Assembly: GCA_050309605.1 (NCBI GenBank)
Contig: JBNRMN010000034.1
Location: forward strand, 128,001 to 192,000
From: Anaerohalosphaeraceae bacterium
Lineage (GTDB): Bacteria > Planctomycetota > Phycisphaerae > Sedimentisphaerales > Anaerohalosphaeraceae
DNA length: 64,000 nt
Direction of reading: 5' to 3'
Below the pieces are notes generated by a model, which worked only from the letters and a program-made list of their open reading frames with translations, was not told the DNA's origin and did not search any database. This document shows, piece by piece, positions 63,296-64,000 of the stretch (the stretch's first letter is position 1; each line of letters begins with the position of its first letter). The position numbers and the translations under genes are program-made.

Positions 63296-63516
63296 TCGGT
63301 ATTCCGGCTCGGTAGTTAATAAATTCTCGTTCAAAGCTGTTAACGCTGTATCGGCTGAACACCGGCGGCGTTTAAGGACAAGCTCTGAAAAGAATTCCCC
63401 GAATGAGCAATTCTGAGGGAAAAGTTGTGGACTATACCGGCTGTATCGATTGTTTGGTGCAGGCCGAAACTCGACACCGGATCAAATGAGATGCGCTGCT
63501 CAAGGTCCTATAAAAC

Positions 63517-63990
63517 CTAAGTTTGCCTTGTCTGCTGTACATTCTGCTCAATTTCAGTCAGATAAGCCAGCGTGCGCTCAAGCTTGTCGGTCAGGTGTTT
63601 GAGTCGCAGCATGGTCTTGACGCGGGTCAATAATTCCCATTTGTTGATGGGTTTGCTGATGAAATCATCCGTTCCGCATTGAATCGCCCGCTCGATGTCT
63701 CCGATCTCGTTTAAGGCCGTGACCATAATGATCGGGATGTCGGCGGTTTTGGGATTATTTTTCAGCTTGCGGCAGACCTCAAACCCGCTGATTTTGGGCA
63801 TCATCACATCCAGCAGTATCAAGTCCGGCGGGTTATTGCGGACGATTTCAAGGGCTTGCAGCCCCCCTTCCGCGGCCAGGGTTCGGCAATCCAGATCCTC
63901 AAGGTAAGCCAGAATCAGCTCAAGATTATGCAGGTTATCGTCAACCACAAGCACAACGGGTTTGTGGTTATTGTTCTGTACCATATCCAT
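63517..63990 (-). CDS. Single-domain response regulator (receiver plus short coiled coil)
   Basis: VLVVDD, LLDVMMP, MVTA and FISKP. Confidence 0.92.
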   Translation of the reverse strand: MDMVQNNNHKPVVLVVDDNLHNLELILAYLEDLDCRTLAAEGGLQALEIVRNNPPDLILLDVMMPKISGFEVCRKLKNNPKTADIPIIMVTALNEIGDIERAIQCGTDDFISKPINKWELLTRVKTMLRLKHLTDKLERTLAYLTEIEQNVQQTRQT

Positions 63991-64000
63991 TATCCCTTAA

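Overview
This is a gene-dense bacterial chromosomal window. Gene content and style suggest an anaerobic planctomycete (Phycisphaerae-like); that assignment is inference. From left to right it contains: (1) a minus-strand orange-protein (orp)-like cluster (MinD/ferredoxin ATPase, DUF5320, DUF89, two NifB/NifX-family proteins) with its own PAS-type sigma54 activator; (2) housekeeping genes, including an unannotated 57-aa histone H1-like ORF and a degenerate UvrC-like protein; (3) a ~19 kb nitrogen-assimilation supercluster (LysR, gdhA, GAF-type NifA-like activator, TorF-like porin, amt-glnK twice, type III glnA, gltBD, Gln-dependent nadE); (4) a fused trehalose TPS-TPP plus GH15 and two GH43-CBM6 paralogs; (5) carB-carA, a full F-type ATP synthase operon, purH, an ArnT-LAB_N fusion with a GT2, comF, queF/queC, a degenerate ribokinase and a TGA-interrupted pentapeptide/ion-channel ORF. 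The strongest signal is regulatory. Four sigma54 promoters share one readable architecture: paired palindromic enhancer sites starting 133-135 bp upstream, a 25-bp TAA-N19-TTA element 28-29 bp upstream, then the -24/-12 box. Two different enhancer motifs match the two local activators. This points to an NtrBC-independent nitrogen regulon using PII proteins that lack the uridylylated Tyr51. I saw no rRNA, tRNA, CRISPR array or transposase. All homology calls come from motif recognition by eye, not database searches.
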